Assembly (NCBI GenBank): GCA_051294375.1
Contig: CM119267.1
Location: 7,420,683 to 7,484,682 of the forward strand
Direction: 5' to 3'
Length of the DNA: 64,000 nt
Source of the DNA: Paraspadella gotoi
Taxonomy: Eukaryota; Animalia; Chaetognatha
Made by a program: the position numbers and the translations under genes. The notes under the pieces were generated by a model. The model was not told the DNA's origin and made no database searches. It was given only the letters and a program-made list of their open reading frames with translations. Below, piece by piece: positions 58,875 through 64,000 of the stretch. Within the stretch, counting starts at the first letter, position 1. Every line of letters starts with the position of its first letter.

Positions 58875-61608
58875 TCAATACTTGTTGATGCCAAAAAGTC
58901 GGACTCGGTGAAATTGTGGCAATTTTGGGAGTAACACCAAAAGAAGCGTCGACGTGTTGACGATGAAGTGGTTTAAGTCGTAATTTGAAAAGAAGCTAGG
59001 AAAAAAAAAGATAAAAAATTGTGAAATATTTCCCTAAGAACAAGCGAATAGCTGTATTGCCCCAAACATATCGTGATAATTTGTTAATCTGTGGGATGAT
59101 GTTTCTAATAGTATATAATATTTTATAGTCTTCACTGACAAAGTATTTCATTCTTTTTTGGCGCATAATTCACATATTTATCAACATTAAACGTTTCATC
59201 GCTCGTGAGATAATGTTGGTTGTTGTTTAGTTGAATATTATGAGTAGTTATAGTACACATTGTTCCAATTCATACATTTGGGTAGCAAAATTATGACTGC
59301 ATTAGCAGTTTCCCACCACATGCATCTTAATCCCAAGCAATTTTACTACTTTAGGCGGTTTTTCAAAAAATGGAAAAACCTGAGATCAGTTTAAAATTCT
59401 CAAAGAGCCTGTTGTTTCCTGAAGTAAAAATTAAGTATATATATTTTTTTTAAAGAAACTTTTGTCATCGGGGGTGACCTATATAAAAAGTAATAATCCT
59501 TTGTCTTTGGCCTCCACGTGAATAAAATTTTCGGTCAAAGCAGAGTTTAAGGTTTAAAATAATTATTTATGTTCTACCCCTATTGTTTTTAAACCTTCGT
59601 ACTTTTCCTGTCTTTCAGCCTATATATAAAGTTTTTTGTTACTATTATCATTAATCAACAGAAGAGTAAAATGTTCTTAATTTGTAAAATTTTAGTTTTT
59701 TAAGATCCATTTTTTTAAAATTTAACAAATACAATTTAACAAATACAAATACAATACAGCCGATGTACAACCGATCTCACCTCGCTAAGAAGAATAAAAC
59801 GATTGGAACGACTGTGAGAAATTTTTTAGTAGCGGTGAATTGCATTCCATGGTCCAATTGCTCCCACTGCGTGAGATACCTCGCTTTTCCTTCATCAAAA
59901 GGCATCCAAGGCGTACCTTGGCGGAGTGAAAAATTCATGAAATAATGTAAACCCAAACGGGAAGCAACATGTCCATTAGGGTGGAGTGATGAAAAGATTG
60001 AGACATGTTACAGTATTTATTGCTGCGTCTGTATATGAAACTGATAAAAGTTAAGCCCTTTATAAAATTTTTAAGCACAACAACAACAGAAATTGTGTTT
60101 TCTTTATAGTAATATCCTTAGCAAAAAAAAAAAGAATGTTAGTTTCAACAACGATTTGTTTATTTGTCAACGGACATGTTTCGACTTTGTTTTCAAGTCA
60201 TCAGCGTTTTTACAGTACAGTAATGTCCTTATAAATTCATAATTTTTTTTTTATTTTCAAGAACAGATTCAGATTCGACAGAAAAAAAGAAAAACAACGT
60301 TTGTAAAATGTTATATGATATTGTAATGTTAAAGCTTCGAAAAGGGAAAATATGTTTTAAAAAGTTGAAAATTTTAACCTTTTCTTCCAATTTTGACACT
60401 GAAAAAATTAAAATTTTCGTTAAGTCTCTCTGGGGCGTGGGTTCGAATCCTACCACTGCCACCACATTTAAGGAAAAACTCATGGATTTCTAGGGACGAA
60501 ATCAGGAAGACATTTTATTCTAAGAATAAAGGTGACGGTGAGACACGCGCAGGAGACATAATCAATGCTACTGAAACAAGAACAAACTAAATATTTATAT
60601 CTAGGGAAGAGGATCGGCGACGTGGGTAAAATTTACAGTTCCAATGATCCTGCAAGCTGATTGGTCGATTCCGGTTCCATGCTTGACCAATCAGGATTCG
60701 GCGATTCAATTTCCTGCGGAGATCGCCCGAGCCTCCGATCCGATTTGATTATGGTGGCTAGATACTCCTGCGATAACATATTTTTTATTTTTAGTTTAAT
60801 TTACACCTCTCCTAATTTTTACTGCAAATAGTCCAGGGGTGAATAACTCAAAGTTATCGTTATAATTAGCTAAGATTTCGTAAAAAGATGAAAGAAAATT
60901 TGCTCTATTGCTCAACTGAAGGAAAATAATCAATTCAAAAATTTTGCGCCGTCTCGATTTTTTTTAAATTTTGCTTCTAAAACTGCTATTTCTTTTTTAA
61001 TTTGTTTTATTTTTTGTCCATATAATCGACTAACATACCCCCACCTATTGATGTTATTTCAGGGAGGTATTTAAAAAACATAGGAGTTATCACATAAAAA
61101 TGTAAATACCAACGAAAGGAAAGGAAAATTAATACTTATATTTTTATGAGGAATCTGAATCATTAATAAAAATTAAAAAAAAAACATTTTAAAAATGTAT
61201 TATTTTATAAGGATATTACTACAAATGTATTTTAAGTTCTGTTTTGATCCCTTCAGAATTAATACAAAACATTTCTTGTACTTCATAATTATATCACGTA
61301 TAATTATCATTGTAACATATTTCAAATAAATTTTTTATTCTCGAGAGCTCCACTCTAATGTCCATCCTCTCTCCTACAAAAGGTGTGAGAACGTTTTTTT
61401 TACCTTTTGTCATGTGCAGAAGGAGAAAATTGCCTACATTGTGAATAGTATTGGTTAAAGTCCAGACCCAGGCGTAGCTGAGCCAAGGATTAACGAAAAA
61501 GAGTAGGTGTAAGATGCCGGTAATGAAAATATAAGTGGCCCACGTTCCTTTGGCGTTGAGCCAACAGTGATTTGGATTGGAACTACCAGTTCCTTCGCCT
61601 ACAATCAT
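58875..61608 (-). CDS. ORMDL: ORM1-like protein (regulator of serine palmitoyltransferase); 3 exons
   Basis: MIVG...NPNHCWLNAKGTW, AWVWTLTNTIHN, KGTPW...GKARYLTQWEQLDHGMQFTATKKFLTVVP and LPKLPQFHRVRLFGINKY*. Confidence 0.95.
60423..60464 (+). pseudogene. 3' half of a tRNA-Leu (variable arm, T arm, acceptor strand) ending in CCA; 5' half absent
   Basis: AGTCTCTCTGGGGCGTGGGTTCGAATCCTACCACTGCCA-CCA matches the 3' half of eukaryotic tRNA-Leu (…AGTCTCTTCGGAGGCGTGGGTTCGAATCCCACCGCTGCCA). The upstream sequence is AT-rich with no D or anticodon arm. Confidence 0.75.
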
Positions 61609-63904
61609 GTTTCTTAGTTATTTCAGTTTCCTTTAAAAATAGACGAATCTGCAGGCTGATTTGGGTGTAGGCAGACTAAGATGGACTGTCACTATAAAAG
61701 GCTCCTAACGAATGGTCCGTTTTTATTCATTCATTTTTTCATTACAATCTACACTCATTTTTCTTCAGATGCACAACAGAAATAAATACGGTCGTGGCAT
61801 AGAAGTTTGAAAAAGTTAAAAATTCTAGAGAAAAAGTATAAAAAATTGAAAGGATTGTGTTACAATTTAAGAATTGACCAAACGCTTATAAACTCAGCTT
61901 TTCATTATTATGTTATCAACTTATTCACGTGAGCTAGATGCGTAAGCTTTCATGAAAAACGTAACAGTTTTTGCGACACCCAAAAATTTTCTACACGACC
62001 CCATCCCTAATATAATTTTTAAGCTTCCAGTTCATAGATATAAAAATCTTTGGTGATAATTGTAATTTAATTTATTAGTAAATTATGAATCTTAACAATA
62101 AAAAAATGTTTTAAACCTATTTCCAGTTATTATTGTTATTACCATCCTGCTAATCAAGCGAATTTTTACAGTGACAATCCGACTTGAAGGCTCAGTTTCC
62201 CAAATTTTCTTTTTTTCTTCTCAGATGAATGAAAAATTAAAAAGTCAGCGAACAATCATCGTCTCTGTTCGTGGTTTTTTACCTGTGATAAAATTCACGG
62301 TATCAAAAAACGGAAAAAAAAGAAAATCGGCGTAGTTTTTTAATACTTGAAATTCAAAACTCAAAATTCGGGTTTGGAATGAAAATGACATTTGAAATCA
62401 ACGAGTTCCACTGGACAGAATTGTATAATGACAATTTTTTGTTTCACAAAAAAATTTAAAACTACTCTTTTTCGAGGGGAATTCGTCCAATACCAAAATA
62501 ACCAAAATATTAAGGTTTAAAATAAAACAAGGCAAATAATCGATTAAAAATAAAAAATTAAATTAATTTTTTGCGAAAAAACCTCTAAACAAGCTTTCGA
62601 ACATTCGACTAAGTATCACAGCGAAAAAAAAGTGATAACCGGTAAGTAATGAATGCATCAATTAAAAAAAACCGAACGCCTTTGTCTTATCCGAAAGAAT
62701 TTGTGCAATATACGTAGACAATTACGATGACTGGCGTGAAAATATCACCAATATTTTAAAGAGAAAAGGCATTCAAAACAAAAAGCAGATTGTAATAAAA
62801 AAAATAAATCAAGGTAGCAGCAACATTTTTTCTTGTTAGCGCCGGAAACTCGAGGCAAAATCACTGACTTAAAAATAAATGTCAACAAAATTCTCTTTAA
62901 TGCTGAAATTTTCAAAAAGCTAAACGTGAAACTCAAAGCATAAAAAAGCTCACTGGCGTGAACCCCGGTTTTCCCGGTATCCCCGTTTCGGGACAATTAA
63001 ATCTGGATTTTCCTTGGTGGGTCGAAAACTATTAGAGTAAAGCCTGAACTAAAGCGCAAAGAAGCACGATCGGCGAGTACAAGTATTTAAAAGTTTGGCA
63101 ACAAGATTATCAGAAAGCGAATTGTACCTAAGGCTAGGAAGCGTATTAGCCAACAAGCTTGCCCGCGATCATACTTCGTCGTACTTAGCAACTGGGGATG
63201 TTGAATTACATCATATTCATATGGCAAACAGCAAATGCTATAAAAATACTGCCACGAGAACAAAAGAAACATTCCTTTTACCCTAATAACTATCGGTAAA
63301 CTCAACCAATTATATTCCTATTCTACAATGCATTTTTGGCAAATGCGATCCGATAACCAGTAATTTAATCTGACTTAGTAAACCCAATGCATGTAAATTG
63401 TGTCCAATTTCTGGTGTCATCTAAAAAGTATAAAATTTATAAAAACGAATTGGTTTTTTTTTCTTTTGTGATGAGTTATGCATATTTATCCTTTGATGCT
63501 ACGAAAATGCGAAATACTGTGGTTTCTTTCTTTCGGTGTTTTTCCATTTTCGTTTTCTCTGTGGAAAAAAAAGAAAATATTTTTTTTAAGTGCTCAATGA
63601 ACCAAAATTTACCCTGATACTTTCCTTTACAGCGTCGACAAATTTTAAAAATGAATTTTAAACATTAAAAAAAAGCTTTTTACTTTACAGGTCTTTTATT
63701 CATGTATAATTGTATATTGTAAACAAGTTATAAATTCTAATTAACGAACACATATATACGACTCTTAATGATGTTCCTATGCGTATATTCGTATTATTTT
63801 CCTGATGAAGCTTAGAACGGTGGAGAACGGGGAAAAAAAGTACCTCAATGAAAAATTGAAGAATCGAAGCTGAATCGACAACGACAACTGTATAGTTAAC
63901 TTAC

Positions 63905-64000
63905 CTTCCAGAGAAGGCCGGCTGACGGAGCAGCGCCTTTGCAGAATACTTGATGTTGAGGAAAGTGCCGATTTCGTCGATGGCGGCGATGGCTTCCTCG
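63905..64000 (-). CDS. Partial coding exon of an upstream gene running off the window edge
   Basis: GC-rich open frame EEAIAAIDEIGTFLNIKYSAKALLRQPAFSGR ending at a strong AG|GTAAGT donor. Downstream exons not resolved. Confidence 0.55.

Noticed and set aside
60380-60464. Functional tRNA gene
   Set aside because: The 5' acceptor strand, D arm and anticodon arm are absent.

Overview
Gene-dense invertebrate animal (metazoan) genomic DNA with GC/CpG-rich exons and short AT-rich spliceosomal introns. I traced 21 complete genes and one partial gene, and all 22 lie on the minus strand. In 5'->3' transcription order (right to left): a partial gene at the window edge, ORMDL, an unknown K/E-rich protein, CtIP/RBBP8-like, ACAT1, OLA1, TSC1, p38 MAPK (with a complete same-strand HMGB gene inside its last intron), NF-YB, HDDC2, an SLC36 transporter, MGAT5, ABCC10, Ku80, RARS2, METTL21D/VCPKMT, XLF/NHEJ1, IMMP1L, IVD, UBOX5 and TRAF6. 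Stop-to-start gaps are as short as about 70 nt, and many start codons sit 2-21 nt downstream of an unpaired 3' splice acceptor. This suggests a very long SL trans-spliced operon or directional gene cluster (inference). Other features: a candidate alternative proximal last exon of p38 upstream of the nested HMGB gene, three or four GC-AG introns, two copies of a structured ~235-nt intronic element, a MITE-like family carrying degenerate TTAGGG repeats, a CCA-bearing 3' half of tRNA-Leu, and an ETS/CRE motif array at the left end. Gene identities come from my recognition of motifs, and exon boundaries were traced by hand; no database search was run.
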